A stretch of DNA of 64,000 bases from Calditrichia bacterium. Its GTDB lineage: Bacteria; Calditrichota; Calditrichia; RBG-13-44-9; J075. This document shows, piece by piece, positions 46,799-57,746 of this stretch. The stretch is from NCBI GenBank assembly GCA_050633245.1, contig JBOEGD010000001.1, positions 343,190-407,189 of the forward strand, read 5' to 3'. Both the position numbers and the translations under genes were made by a program. Position 1 is the stretch's first letter; every line of letters starts with the position of its first letter. The notes under the pieces were generated by a model. It did no database searches. It worked only from the letters and a program-made list of their open reading frames with translations, and had not been told where the DNA came from.

Positions 46799-47755
46799 CT
46801 AAACCTGCATTACCCCGTCTATCAAAATTGCCTGCCCATCTATCTTAAGGGTGGGCTTTTTTAATATTCCGTCTACGTGAAATCCTACATTTACCGTTCC
46901 ACCCATAGATACGTTATTTCCCAGGGCGAGGTGAACTGTTCCCAGCACCTTCTCATCTTCCAAAACAGTTCCCTTAATTTCAGCCTGATCATTGGTACCT
47001 ACACCAAGCTCGGCAAGATTTCTGGCTTGTGGCCCTGCTTTATCGACCATCGCATTAAAGCGTTTTGCCTGCTCACCACCATCAATTGCTACGGCCATGC
47101 CTTTTTCGATGGTGATGCGAATCGGTTCATCCGTAATCAATCCAACACCTGCGAGTGAACCATCTACCACATAAACACCTTCAGCTTCACCTTCACGTGG
47201 CATTAGAAAGGCTTCTCCGGAGGGCAGGTTGCCATAGGCACCGCTTTCCAAAACCAGGCCGGTCGATGGTTTGGCGTTGTAGCCTTTTATTGGCAGGCGA
47301 ATATCGGTTCCGGCAGGGGTCGTGATAGTTGCAACTTCTCCGGCTGTTAAAATGTCGGATATACGTTCGGTTAATCGGGCTATTTTGTGATAGTCCGCTC
47401 GCATGCAGCGAACCATAACGTCTTCGGTTATTCCCGGCATGGTGCCGACTCTTGCACCTGCGGCACAGGCATTTCTACGAGCATCGGTATGAGTCAATGA
47501 CGTTGAGGTCGCACAGATCGCGACGTTAACGTGTTTCATTGCCTCGGCGATTGCAGCTGGAGGCTCCTGACCATTTAGCTGACGGGGCTGCATTTCCATC
47601 ACCATAACTTCACCGGCCAGATCGGTGCAGACATGCTGTAGCGCTCTGGCAATGCTGACGGTGGGGGTGTCGGTAACAATTAATACAGACTCGGCGGGCT
47701 TAATACCAAGACAGTCTCGTGCCGCAATTAATGCGGCTTCTTGCAAGGGGGTCAT
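46799..47755 (-). CDS. Aminopeptidase, M29-like (leucyl aminopeptidase T type)
   Basis: NLPSGEAF, AELGVGTN, LEDEK.LGT.HLALG and FHVDG. Confidence 0.85.
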   Translation of the reverse strand: MTPLQEAALIAARDCLGIKPAESVLIVTDTPTVSIARALQHVCTDLAGEVMVMEMQPRQLNGQEPPAAIAEAMKHVNVAICATSTSLTHTDARRNACAAGARVGTMPGITEDVMVRCMRADYHKIARLTERISDILTAGEVATITTPAGTDIRLPIKGYNAKPSTGLVLESGAYGNLPSGEAFLMPREGEAEGVYVVDGSLAGVGLITDEPIRITIEKGMAVAIDGGEQAKRFNAMVDKAGPQARNLAELGVGTNDQAEIKGTVLEDEKVLGTVHLALGNNVSMGGTVNVGFHVDGILKKPTLKIDGQAILIDGVMQV

Positions 47756-48092
47756 TTATTGTTCTCCATGTTATCGTTTCAACGGTATCGAAAAAAAAGT
47801 TGGATTTTGTGAAGGTAGACGTTAGCTTCCTTTTCAGTGCAAAATAATAACGCTATAGCGCATCTTCCAATGAAAAGAAAATAACGACTTTTGTGTTTTT
47901 TTCCATTGCGTTGAGAGATGTAAACGGCTTTATTTAAGTAGGGCAGAGCAAAATAATCCGCTGATGTTTTGCAGACCTGATAAAGTATTTATTATTGTTA
48001 CCGTTTATTGAACGCAGGAATATCCCAAAAATTGTTTTGACCACCAAGGCTATGTAGATAGCCTTTTTTTGTCGACAAAACTCAGAGTTAAT

Positions 48093-50306
48093 ATGCACGC
48101 AATAGATTATTCTGAAGCAACATATAAGGACTTGCGGAGACGTCTGGATCCCTTCTTTGCGGATATTCTCGGACGGATTGCCGACTATAACAAGACGTAT
48201 AATAAAGAGCTGCTTCAGCGCGCTTATGAATTTGGTTTGTGGGCGCATCGCGAGCAGGTGCGTAAATCGGGCGAGCCGTATTTTGAACATTGTCTGCATG
48301 TGGCTTTATTGTTGACGGAACTGCGCATGGATAGCGTGACAATTGCCGCAGCGCTTCTTCATGATGTAGTAGAAGATACCGGCTATACGCGTGAAGATAT
48401 TGCCGAAGGATTTGGGCATGATGTTGCATTACTGGTGGACGGGGTAACCAAAATTACCGAGTTCAGCGGAATAAAAAACCTCGGATACGAATCACGACAG
48501 GCCGAAACGTTTCGCAAAATGTTGCTGTCAATGGCTAAAGACGTGCGCGTAATTATTATCAAATTTGCCGATCGTCTGCATAATATGCGAACGCTTCAGC
48601 ACGTGCCGGCAAAGAATCGCATCCGAATATCTATAGAAACGCGTGACGTGTACGCTCCGCTGGCCCACCGATTTGGCATGGCTAAAATTAAGAGTGAGCT
48701 GGAAGATCTGTCGTTTAAGTACACCAAAAATAAAGAATTTACCGAACTTGCCAGTCGGTTGAATCAGAAAAGAGAAGTCCGCGAAGCCTATATCAATACG
48801 GTTATTGACCCGATAAAGGCCGATCTGAAGGCTCACAAAATTGCGGCTGATGTGTTTGGTCGTCCGAAACACATTTTCTCGATCTATCGCAAAATGACGG
48901 TGCGCAGCAAACCATTCGAAGAAATTTATGACCTGTTTGCAATTCGCATTATTGTTGAGAAGGTGGAAGAGTGCTATTACGTTTTGGGAATTGTTCACAA
49001 TTGCTTTACGCCGGTTTACGAGCGATTTAAAGATTACATAGCCATGCCGAAATTTAATGGCTATCAATCTTTGCATACCACCATTGTGGACAAGGAAGGT
49101 CATATGGTGGAGATCCAAATTCGCACGCAGGAAATGCATCGTGTTGCGGAAATGGGAATTGCAGCACACTGGTTATATAAAGATGGAACGACTGACACGA
49201 AAAAAGATGAAATGGAACAGCGGCTGGATTGGGTACGCCAACTGCTGGATCAGTATAAAGAAAACGAAATGGTTGATGCGCAGGATTTTTTGGAATCCCT
49301 GAAGATCAATCTGTATCAGGATGAAGTATTTGTATTTACTCCGCAAGGTGATGTGCAGCGTTTGCCCGTTGGAGCAACACCCGTCGATTTTGCCTTTGCC
49401 GTTCATACCAATGTTGGTATGACCTGTATTGGGGCGAAGGTTAATGGAAAAATGGTACCCTTGAAATACATACTGCAAAGTGGCGAAGCGGTAGAGATTA
49501 TTACCAGCTCTAATCAACATCCCAGCCAGGGTTGGCTCACATTTGTGAAAACCAGCAAGGCAAGACATCATGTGAGAAAGTTTTTACGTGAAGAGCAGTT
49601 TGAGCATAGTGTGAAGCTGGGCGATGAAATTATCAATAAGTACAGCAAACGCTACAAGGTTAAACTGGATGAGGAAAAATTAAAGGAAGCAGCTCAGAAA
49701 TTGAACTTTGATGAAACACGAAATCTGCGGGCGGCAGTCGGCAGAGGAGAAGTAACGTTTGAAAAAGTGGCGTCTGCCATAAATCAGGAACCGGTAGCCG
49801 AGCGTAAGAGTTCAATCTTTAAAACCATTCTTCCAGGCAGCAAAAAACCTTATGCCGTGCAGGTGCAGGGAATGGACAACGTGATGGTTCATGTTGGGAA
49901 ATGTTGTCACCCTGTTCCGGGAGACGACATTATTGGTTATATTACTCGTGGACGCGGTGTTACCATCCATCGTAAAAATTGTCCGAACATGCAAAGTCTG
50001 GTCGATGTGAAAGACCGCACGATTCAAGTAAACTGGACGGTTGAAGTAGAAGAAACATTTCATGTGCAATTAACGCTGTTGGGTGAAGATCGACAGAATA
50101 TGATCCGTGATCTTGCCCTGGCAATAGCAAATACCAATACAAATATTTTAAATATGGATATTAAATCCAGAGATAAGTTGGCCGTTGGTAAGCTATTTGT
50201 TGAAGTCCGGAACCTCCCTCATTTAACGCGCGTGATTAATGCTATGAATCAAGTGAAAGGCATTATCAGCGTAGAGCGAGTTGAGTCCGGCTCCCCCCAA
50301 AACTAA
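48093..50306 (+). CDS. relA: Bifunctional (p)ppGpp synthetase/hydrolase Rel
   Basis: RKSGEPY..H, LLHDVVED (intact HD), FADRLHNMRT, YQSLHT, EIQIRT, AAHW.YK, plus TGS, CC.P.PGD and ACT domains. Confidence 0.96.
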   Translation: MHAIDYSEATYKDLRRRLDPFFADILGRIADYNKTYNKELLQRAYEFGLWAHREQVRKSGEPYFEHCLHVALLLTELRMDSVTIAAALLHDVVEDTGYTREDIAEGFGHDVALLVDGVTKITEFSGIKNLGYESRQAETFRKMLLSMAKDVRVIIIKFADRLHNMRTLQHVPAKNRIRISIETRDVYAPLAHRFGMAKIKSELEDLSFKYTKNKEFTELASRLNQKREVREAYINTVIDPIKADLKAHKIAADVFGRPKHIFSIYRKMTVRSKPFEEIYDLFAIRIIVEKVEECYYVLGIVHNCFTPVYERFKDYIAMPKFNGYQSLHTTIVDKEGHMVEIQIRTQEMHRVAEMGIAAHWLYKDGTTDTKKDEMEQRLDWVRQLLDQYKENEMVDAQDFLESLKINLYQDEVFVFTPQGDVQRLPVGATPVDFAFAVHTNVGMTCIGAKVNGKMVPLKYILQSGEAVEIITSSNQHPSQGWLTFVKTSKARHHVRKFLREEQFEHSVKLGDEIINKYSKRYKVKLDEEKLKEAAQKLNFDETRNLRAAVGRGEVTFEKVASAINQEPVAERKSSIFKTILPGSKKPYAVQVQGMDNVMVHVGKCCHPVPGDDIIGYITRGRGVTIHRKNCPNMQSLVDVKDRTIQVNWTVEVEETFHVQLTLLGEDRQNMIRDLALAIANTNTNILNMDIKSRDKLAVGKLFVEVRNLPHLTRVINAMNQVKGIISVERVESGSPQN

Positions 50307-50354
50307 AATTTTTGATGTTAAAATAAGACACTACTCTCGAAGTGGAGGATAATA

Positions 50355-50837
50355 ATGACGGAATACTTGTATATTTCCAAAACGATGTTACAAAAATTAA
50401 AAGACGAGCTTAACGAGATGAAGACAGTTAAGCGCCCTGAGCTTTCGCAGAAAATTTCTACGGCTCGAGACTTTGGCGACCTGAAGGAGAACGCAGAATA
50501 TCATGCTGCGAAGGAAGAGCTCGGTATGCTGGAATCGCGTATCAGCCTAATGGAAAGCAAAATCTCGCTGGCGCGGATAATCGATCTCAAAAATATTTCA
50601 ACCGATAAGGCCGCTATTTATACAACGGTATCGCTGAAAGACCTGACGCGAAAGATTGAGGTGAAATTTTCTCTGGTTTCACCGGAAGAGTCAGACTTTA
50701 GTAAATATCGCATTTCTTACTCCTCTCCGGTTGGCAAAGCGCTGCTCGGAAAAGAGGTTGGCGATAAAGTTGAAGTAAAGGTTCCTGCTGGCATTATGAA
50801 GTATGAAGTTCTCAAAATTGAGGCCTATGAAGAATAG
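50355..50837 (+). CDS. greA: Transcription elongation factor GreA
   Basis: ARDFGDLKENAEYHAAKE and IS..SPVGKALLGK. Confidence 0.96.
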   Translation: MTEYLYISKTMLQKLKDELNEMKTVKRPELSQKISTARDFGDLKENAEYHAAKEELGMLESRISLMESKISLARIIDLKNISTDKAAIYTTVSLKDLTRKIEVKFSLVSPEESDFSKYRISYSSPVGKALLGKEVGDKVEVKVPAGIMKYEVLKIEAYEE

Positions 50838-50900
50838 GCTGAAACAATTATGCGCGATTAGCGTGTTTTAAAGAGAACATTTTGCGTGGAGGAATCCTTT

Positions 50901-51542
50901 ATGAATGATGAAATAAAGTCCATTAAGAAGCTGTACCGCTCTCGTGTAGATCGCTATGCAGGCGGCGTATGCGGCGGCTTGGCAAGTTACTTTAATATAG
51001 ATAGCATGCTTATTCGGGTACTGTTTGTGATTTCAGCATTGATGGGTGGGCTGAGTATTTTAGTCTATCTGGCGGCGCTGTTTATTGTACCGGAAGATGA
51101 ACGAGATATCGCAGCGCGGGATTTGGAAGCTCGTAAGCCTCCTGAAAGCAGCTTTATTTGGGGCGCGGGTCTGATTGGCCTCGGGGTTTTGCTTTTGCTG
51201 CGTGAAACGGGAATGTTGCACTATTTTAACTTTGACGATATTTCCTGGAGTAGCATCTGGGCGGTATTATTGATTGCCGGTGGCGTTGCACTGCTTTTTT
51301 CGCGCAACGATGAGAATTCAGCGGGCGATAGCTTGACATCAATTACCCGACCGCATCACGATCGCAAGCTCGCTGGAGTTTGCTCGGGTATTGCCTCTTA
51401 CTATGAAATCGATGTCTCACTTGTCCGATTAATCTGGATCCTGACCACGCTGATCTCCGGTGGTATTGGCTTGCTTCTTTATATTGGCTTGATATTCGTG
51501 TTTCCAGAAGAAAACGCAACCAGTTTGTCTGTTGATAATTAA
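50901..51542 (+). CDS. Double PspC-domain membrane protein
   Basis: KLYRSR.DR..GGVCGGLA and DRKLAGVCSGIA repeats around a LiaF-like TM pair. Confidence 0.88.
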   Translation: MNDEIKSIKKLYRSRVDRYAGGVCGGLASYFNIDSMLIRVLFVISALMGGLSILVYLAALFIVPEDERDIAARDLEARKPPESSFIWGAGLIGLGVLLLLRETGMLHYFNFDDISWSSIWAVLLIAGGVALLFSRNDENSAGDSLTSITRPHHDRKLAGVCSGIASYYEIDVSLVRLIWILTTLISGGIGLLLYIGLIFVFPEENATSLSVDN

Positions 51543-51552
51543 CCCCAGATCG

Positions 51553-51714
51553 CGGCTTTGCCGCTGGTAGTGGATAGGTCGCTTCGCTGTAGGGGGTAGG
51601 GACGCTCACTCACTGTTCTTGCTGGTAGGTAATTTTTACCAACTACCAGCCCGACGAAGGAGGGCGACCTACTCACTACCAGCGTAGGCCGAAGGTCGAA
51701 GCGTCCTAACTCCC
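51553..51714. other. Highly structured intergenic element (nested hairpins plus possible pseudoknot)
   Basis: 51553-51584 pairs with 51662-51691. Inner hairpin at 51621-51650. 51592-51606 is complementary to 51700-51714. Confidence 0.6.
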
Positions 51715-51880
51715 GATTCTCAATTTCCGATTTATGACCTACAGCATATCTTCTTACAACCTGCCGTGATATTTTTATTCGTAAAGCAAAAATTGGTAAA
51801 ATCAAAAAAACAGCTTTCTTCACCCGCACTCTGAACGTAGTTTCTTTTACTTACAGCCAGTATAATGGAAGGTCTCAGAA

Positions 51881-53026
51881 TTGGATAATTTTGGTCTGCA
51901 CGATAAGATTGATATTGATAACCGCGAATTCCACGTCCACACCGGAACACTCATTGAATACCGAAAAGTAATCTCAGAAGTTTTTGAGAAGGGCATGTTC
52001 CTGATTTCCCGAGAACATGAAATCAAGCTTCGTAATGCCAATCAACCCATTGACTATGACTTTCTAAATTCCATCACCGAGCAGTTTCATCAGGGTGTTA
52101 TGGATGAGCTGGAAGCACTTTACAATATTGAAGCAAAGCTGGAACGCTACCGCCACCCCAAATCGCATTACTATCTTGGCGTACTCTTTCTGAAACGTCA
52201 CCTCTATGAAGAAGCGATTAAGCAGTTTAAGCTGGCTATCGAGCAGGACAATAGTTTTGTTAAGGCCTATATGGCTCTTGGCATAAGCTATCTGAAGTTT
52301 CGCCAGTTTAAAGCGGCGTTAAATACCTTCGAGCGTGCTCTTTCCGTCAGTGAAAAATACCCTGACTTTCTAAACTACTATGGTCTTGCCTATCTGTTCC
52401 TCGGGGACTATGATAACGCAACATCCCTATTTAAAGAAGCAATTCGTTTAAACCCCAGCTATGTGGAAGCACAGTTTAACCTGGGTGTGGTGTTGTATAA
52501 ATCTGCACTTGATGGCGTAAAAGATCCCAAAGCTGTTGCCGTACCGGCTCGTGTGTCAATTTATTTGAAGCAGGTGCGCGATCTGAAGAAGTATCATATG
52601 TATCACTGGCAGAAAGAGTTCAATCAGCTGCTTGAGTTACTAAAAGACAATAATCATGAAGTGATTATACCACAGCTCGAACAGTTTCAGTTACGACTGG
52701 TAGATTTGGTTTCTGAGCGTGAGAAAATCTATGAATTTTATCTGCGCTTCTTGTTCGGTGGTAAAGAACTGGATATGGATACAATTAACAAATACGAGCG
52801 CTTTTTCTTCGATACCCGTGCCGAGCACAGTCACTATCCGGATTACTGGAATGATTTGGGTACCTTCAATCTTATCAAAAGCCGCAGCCTGTATCTACAG
52901 GCCATGAAGGAGTTCGAAAAAACTCTGGAATTGGCGCCTGACTACGAAGACGCGCAGCATAATCTTGAACGAACCCGCAGCCACCAGCAGGGGTTTTTAA
53001 TTCTATTACGCGCTATTTTGAAGTAA
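51881..53026 (+). CDS. TPR-repeat protein
   Basis: Multiple TPRs (HYYLGVLF, AYMALGISY, YPDFLNYYGLAY, AQFNLG, YPDYWNDLG). TTG start. Confidence 0.85.
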   Translation: MDNFGLHDKIDIDNREFHVHTGTLIEYRKVISEVFEKGMFLISREHEIKLRNANQPIDYDFLNSITEQFHQGVMDELEALYNIEAKLERYRHPKSHYYLGVLFLKRHLYEEAIKQFKLAIEQDNSFVKAYMALGISYLKFRQFKAALNTFERALSVSEKYPDFLNYYGLAYLFLGDYDNATSLFKEAIRLNPSYVEAQFNLGVVLYKSALDGVKDPKAVAVPARVSIYLKQVRDLKKYHMYHWQKEFNQLLELLKDNNHEVIIPQLEQFQLRLVDLVSEREKIYEFYLRFLFGGKELDMDTINKYERFFFDTRAEHSHYPDYWNDLGTFNLIKSRSLYLQAMKEFEKTLELAPDYEDAQHNLERTRSHQQGFLILLRAILK

Positions 53027-53071
53027 GCTTGCTGTAGTGCTGTCGCTTTAAGCCAATAAGAGCACATCGAT

Positions 53072-54418
53072 ATGTCCCGCGTCTTAATTGTAGATAACGA
53101 AGAAAAATTTTGTAAGGTCATCAAGGCTTCGCTGGAACTTGAGGATCTGGAAGCAGCCTACTGCACGTCTGGCGAGGCTGCGTTGGAGTATCTGGCAGAC
53201 CATTCCGTCGATGTCGTTGTTACCGATTTACGTATGGATGGTATGACCGGTATCGAGCTATTAGAAGAGCTTAAGAAGTTTTACCCCACCGTAGAAGCAA
53301 TGTTGATGACCGCTTACGCCACTCAAAAAACAGCTATCGAAGCGCTGAAAAAAGGCGCAAATGACTACCTCATTAAGCCGTTCGAGATGGACGAGCTTAC
53401 TATTCGTATAAAGCGCATACTCGAACAGCAGCAGATCGTTGCTGAAAACAAACGTCTAAAGCGCACTAAGGTCGAATCGCCGGTTTTCTTTGAGAAAATT
53501 ATCGGAAAAAGTAAAAAGATGACCGAGATTTATCGCCTGATCAAGAAGGGCAGTGCTAACGACGCCACGGTGCTGGTGCGTGGGGAAAGTGGTACGGGTA
53601 AAGAACTTGTTGCTACAGCAATTCATGAAAGCAGCTCGCGATCAGGTGAAGCGTTTATTACCGTGAACTGTGCAGCCCTGCCGGAGAATCTGCTGGAGAG
53701 TGAACTCTTTGGTTTCGAGAAGGGCGCTTTTACCGGAGCGACACATCGTCGCATTGGCAAGTTCGAGCAGGCAGATAAGGGAAGCATATTTCTCGATGAA
53801 ATAGGAGATATGAGTCTTTCCACACAGGCCAAAATGCTGCGGGTGTTGCAAAATAAAGAGATCTACCGTCTTGGAGGCAACGAGAAGATTACCGTTGATG
53901 TGCGAATTATTGCAGCTACGCATCAGCATCTCGAGAAGATGGTCGAAGCAGGAGAATTCCGGCAAGACTTATACTACCGCCTAAACGTATTTCCAATTAC
54001 TCTGCCACCGGTGCGCGAGCGTAAGGAAGACATACCAGCGCTTATTCATCATTTTATTGCAAATTCCACTGCAAAGGGGATTGCCCGAGAAGCATTGATT
54101 CCGCTGATTGACTACGACTGGCCGGGCAATGTGCGTGAGATTCAGAACGCCATCGAGCGGGCTGCCATTGTCAGTGATGGTATCATCTCGGCGGGCGACA
54201 TCCCATCGACAATTACCGCTGCTAAGTTTGTTGCTGCAAGTAAAACGGGGCCATTTACTCTTCCCAACGAAGGGCTGAAAATCGATGATTTGGAGCAGGA
54301 TCTTATCCGCCAGTCTCTGCAAATGGCTGAAGGCAATAAAACCCGTGCTGCCGAGCTGCTCGGTATTACCCGCCGCAGACTCTACTCGATGATGGAAAGA
54401 TTTGGGATAGAGAATTGA
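53072..54418 (+). CDS. sigma54-dependent NtrC-family response regulator
   Basis: Receiver domain (TDLRM, KPF), GESGTGKE, ESELFG..KGAFTGA, LDEIG, DLYYRL, WPGNVRE, Fis HTH. Confidence 0.96.
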   Translation: MSRVLIVDNEEKFCKVIKASLELEDLEAAYCTSGEAALEYLADHSVDVVVTDLRMDGMTGIELLEELKKFYPTVEAMLMTAYATQKTAIEALKKGANDYLIKPFEMDELTIRIKRILEQQQIVAENKRLKRTKVESPVFFEKIIGKSKKMTEIYRLIKKGSANDATVLVRGESGTGKELVATAIHESSSRSGEAFITVNCAALPENLLESELFGFEKGAFTGATHRRIGKFEQADKGSIFLDEIGDMSLSTQAKMLRVLQNKEIYRLGGNEKITVDVRIIAATHQHLEKMVEAGEFRQDLYYRLNVFPITLPPVRERKEDIPALIHHFIANSTAKGIAREALIPLIDYDWPGNVREIQNAIERAAIVSDGIISAGDIPSTITAAKFVAASKTGPFTLPNEGLKIDDLEQDLIRQSLQMAEGNKTRAAELLGITRRRLYSMMERFGIEN

Positions 54419-54512
54419 CAATTGTCCATTGAAGAATGATAAATGATTATTGATGAATTAGGCTCAGAACTCAGAACTCAGAACACAGAACACAGAACTC
54501 AGATCGGTGATC
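54413..54512. repeat. Heptamer-periodic tract including (CWCAGAA)6
   Basis: AATTGAC AATTGTC CATTGAA GAATGAT AAATGAT..., then CTCAGAA x3, CACAGAA x2, CTCAGA. Confidence 0.8.
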
Positions 54513-54650
54513 AATTTATCTCTAATTCTGCCCGATTCTACCCGTATTTTCTCACTTTTTCTTCTGACTTCATCTCGCTTTGACTCCAACAACGCTCGGC
54601 GTGATAAAAACTTAAAGATACAACTCAATCTGTAATTTTCATCATTGCCG

Positions 54651-54690
54651 ACTGCCTGTTTCTGCCCGTTTCTGCCTGTTTCTGCCTGAC
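54651..54690. repeat. Decamer tandem repeat (TTCTGCCYGT)~4
   Basis: CTGCCTGTTTCTGCCCGTTTCTGCCTGTTTCTGCCTGA. Confidence 0.8.
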
Positions 54691-54876
54691 AGCACGTTAA
54701 TCTACTCGCTACTTGCGTCTGGAATCTTCCGCCACCCCATTAGCAACAGTTCCTGCCAATTTTCGCCGAAAGTCTGCAAGATTGACAGCCTAATACTGAC
54801 ATGCTGCTGTGCCTGTTGTTTTTAACAATCTGCTTTATCTTCATTTTTATCATAGACTTGTGTGACAGATCAAGGT

Positions 54877-54893
54877 TTGGCACCCAATTTGAT
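54877..54893 (+). promoter_or_regulatory. Putative sigma54 -24/-12 promoter of clpB
   Basis: TTGGCAC-CCAAT-TTGAT versus consensus TGGCAC-N5-TTGCW, 61 nt upstream of the ATG. Confidence 0.55.
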
Positions 54894-54954
54894 TACTATT
54901 TTGGTATAGAAAATACAAAGTAGGTTATGAAGTTATAGAAGGGATGGTGAATAC

Positions 54955-57597
54955 ATGAAAATGGACAAATTTACCGTAAAGGCGCAGGAAGCAATTGCAG
55001 AAGCTCAACATTTAGTGAGTGAATTAGGACAGCAGCACCTGGAAAGCGAGCATATTCTTGCCACTTTGATAAAAGACTCCGATGGTTTGGTGCCGGTTAT
55101 CTTAAGACGAATTGGTAGTGATGTCGCAAATATTCAGGGCACGCTTGAACAGGAAATCGAGAAATTCCCTAAAGTGTATGGCACTGCTGGTCAGATTTAC
55201 GCATCACCGCGTTTTAACCAGGTGCTTATTCAGGCAACGACAGAAGCACGTGAGCTAAAGGATGAATATATTTCAACAGAGCACTTGCTGCTTGCCATAT
55301 TGGTTGCAGACGATAGTCCTGCCGGACGCGTGTTGCTGAGTGCCGGAGTTGAACGCGTTAAGATTATGACGGCATTAAAAGAAATTCGCGGAAGTCAACG
55401 GGTTGTCGATCAGAACCCGGAAGGCAAATACATGGCGCTTGAGCGCTACGCGCGCGATTTAACCGAGCTTGCCAGACAAGGAAAGCTGGACCCGGTGATT
55501 GGGCGCGATGAAGAGATTCGACGCGTTATGCGTGTTCTTTCACGTCGGACTAAAAATAACCCGGCATTAATTGGCGAACCGGGCGTGGGTAAAACCGCTG
55601 TGGTTGAAGGCATCGCCCAGCGCATTGTCAATGGTGATATTCCGGAGTCTTTGCGTGACAAACAGATTGTTGCTCTCGACCTTGGGGCTCTTATTGCCGG
55701 CGCAAAATTTCGCGGAGAATTCGAGGAACGCCTTAAGGCCGTTCTAAAAGAAGTTCAGGAATCGGGTGGACACATTGTCTTGTTCATCGATGAAATCCAT
55801 ACGCTCGTTGGTGCCGGTGCTGCCGAAGGCTCAATGGATGCTTCGAACATGCTAAAGCCGGCGCTGGCTCGCGGTGAAATTCACTGCATTGGCGCAACGA
55901 CTATAGACGAATACCGCAAGTATATTGAGAGAGATGCTGCACTGGAGCGTCGTTTTCAGACGATTTCCGTTGCCGAACCATCTGTTGAAGACACGATCTC
56001 GATGCTGCGCGGTCTTAAAGAAAAGTATGAAGTACATCATGGTGTCAAGATCACCGATGATGCTCTGATTTCAGCTGCCTCTCTTTCCGCGCGCTATATA
56101 ACCGAAAGGTTTCTTCCGGACAAGGCAATCGACTTAATTGATGAAGCTGCCGCAAAACTGCGCATCGAAGTAGATTCGATGCCGCAGGAACTCGACGAGA
56201 TAGAGCGACGAATCAAACAGCTGGAGATTGAGCAGGTTGCTCTAAAAAAGGAAAAGGGCAGTGATGCACGCAAGCGACTTGAGAAACTGGAACGCGAATT
56301 GGCAAATCTGAAAGATTCGCGCAATGAGCTGCAGGGACACTGGATGATGGAGAAGGAAACCATCCAGGAAATTCGCGAGAATAAAGCAAATATTGAGTCG
56401 CTTCGCAGCGAGATGGAAAAGGCAGAACGTGAAGGTTTACTGGAAAAGGTTGCCGAAATAAAATATGGCAAAATTCCAGCTCATGAGAAGCGTCTGCAGG
56501 AACTAACCAGTAAGCTCCAGGATGTGCAAAAGGACAGCAAAATGCTGAAGGAAGAGGTCGATGAGGAGCAGATTGCTGAAATTATTTCCAAGTGGACCGG
56601 TATTCCTGTTTCGCGCATGCTTGAAAGTGAGCGCGTAAAGCTGCTGAGAATTGAAGAGCGTTTGGAAAAACGTGTTATCGGCCAGAGTGAGGCCGTTGAG
56701 GCCGTAAGTAATGCGATCCGTCGCTCTCGAGCCGGCCTTTCCGACAATAAGAGGCCAATTGGTTCATTCATCTTTCTCGGTCCCACCGGAGTGGGAAAGA
56801 CCGAGCTGGCACGCGCACTGGCCGAGTTTCTGTTCGACGATGAGAATGCAATGGTGCGAATTGACATGTCTGAATACATGGAAAGGCATTCAGTCTCGCG
56901 TCTTATTGGCGCCCCTCCGGGATATGTTGGTTACGATGAAGGTGGCCAATTAACCGAGGCCGTGCGTCGTAAGCCGTATTCCGTGGTTTTGCTAGATGAA
57001 ATTGAAAAAGCCCATCCGGAAGTTTTCAATTTGCTGCTTCAGGTTTTGGATGATGGTCGCCTGACAGACAGTCAAGGCAATACCGTAAACTTTCGAAATA
57101 CCATAATTATCATGACCTCAAATATTGGCGCGCCGCTGATTCTTGAAAAATCTCGTCATGTTACTGAAGAAAATCGTGATAGCGTTGCATGGGAAATTCA
57201 TGAAGAGGTTATGGCCTTGCTTAAACAAGAGCTGCGTCCGGAGTTTCTAAATCGCATAGACGAAACGATCGTGTTTCATACGCTGCTGCGTGAGCACATT
57301 AAGGAGATTGTGGAGCTGCAAACAATGCGACTGCACAAACAGCTTGAGGAACAGGGTTTAAAGCTGCAGCTAACGGATGCGGCAAAAGACTACCTTGCCA
57401 AGCTTGGTTATGAACCTTCTTTCGGTGCACGCCCGTTGAAGCGGGTTATTCAGCGTAAACTTGCCGATCAATTATCAAAAGAAATTCTTGCTGGTCATCT
57501 GGTTAAAGGTGACACGGTGAAGATAGATTATCGCAATTATAAAATTACTTTCAAAAAAATTGTGCGGCGTAAGAAGAAGACAGAAGTTGCGCAATAA
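54955..57597 (+). CDS. clpB: ATP-dependent chaperone ClpB
   Basis: [23 protein letters not shown], coiled-coil M domain, [17 protein letters not shown] and GARPLKR. Confidence 0.98.
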   Translation: MKMDKFTVKAQEAIAEAQHLVSELGQQHLESEHILATLIKDSDGLVPVILRRIGSDVANIQGTLEQEIEKFPKVYGTAGQIYASPRFNQVLIQATTEARELKDEYISTEHLLLAILVADDSPAGRVLLSAGVERVKIMTALKEIRGSQRVVDQNPEGKYMALERYARDLTELARQGKLDPVIGRDEEIRRVMRVLSRRTKNNPALIGEPGVGKTAVVEGIAQRIVNGDIPESLRDKQIVALDLGALIAGAKFRGEFEERLKAVLKEVQESGGHIVLFIDEIHTLVGAGAAEGSMDASNMLKPALARGEIHCIGATTIDEYRKYIERDAALERRFQTISVAEPSVEDTISMLRGLKEKYEVHHGVKITDDALISAASLSARYITERFLPDKAIDLIDEAAAKLRIEVDSMPQELDEIERRIKQLEIEQVALKKEKGSDARKRLEKLERELANLKDSRNELQGHWMMEKETIQEIRENKANIESLRSEMEKAEREGLLEKVAEIKYGKIPAHEKRLQELTSKLQDVQKDSKMLKEEVDEEQIAEIISKWTGIPVSRMLESERVKLLRIEERLEKRVIGQSEAVEAVSNAIRRSRAGLSDNKRPIGSFIFLGPTGVGKTELARALAEFLFDDENAMVRIDMSEYMERHSVSRLIGAPPGYVGYDEGGQLTEAVRRKPYSVVLLDEIEKAHPEVFNLLLQVLDDGRLTDSQGNTVNFRNTIIIMTSNIGAPLILEKSRHVTEENRDSVAWEIHEEVMALLKQELRPEFLNRIDETIVFHTLLREHIKEIVELQTMRLHKQLEEQGLKLQLTDAAKDYLAKLGYEPSFGARPLKRVIQRKLADQLSKEILAGHLVKGDTVKIDYRNYKITFKKIVRRKKKTEVAQ

Positions 57598-57746
57598 TCT
57601 GTTTTTTCTGGGATTAGAAGTGAGAATGGTAATGGAAAAAAGATTGATGTCTCGCGAATATTCTGGAACCTTTTAAATACTACAGGCGTAGATATAACAG
57701 TTTTAAGACAAGACTTAAGCGTCAAAAGTATAAGGAGAAAAAGAAA

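Noticed and set aside
51539-51829. 96-aa minus-strand ORF across the structured element
   Set aside because: No recognisable protein features, and better explained by the GC-rich palindromic sequence.
48088-56953. Long antisense ORFs within relA, the NtrC-type gene and clpB
   Set aside because: Typical antisense shadows of conserved genes.
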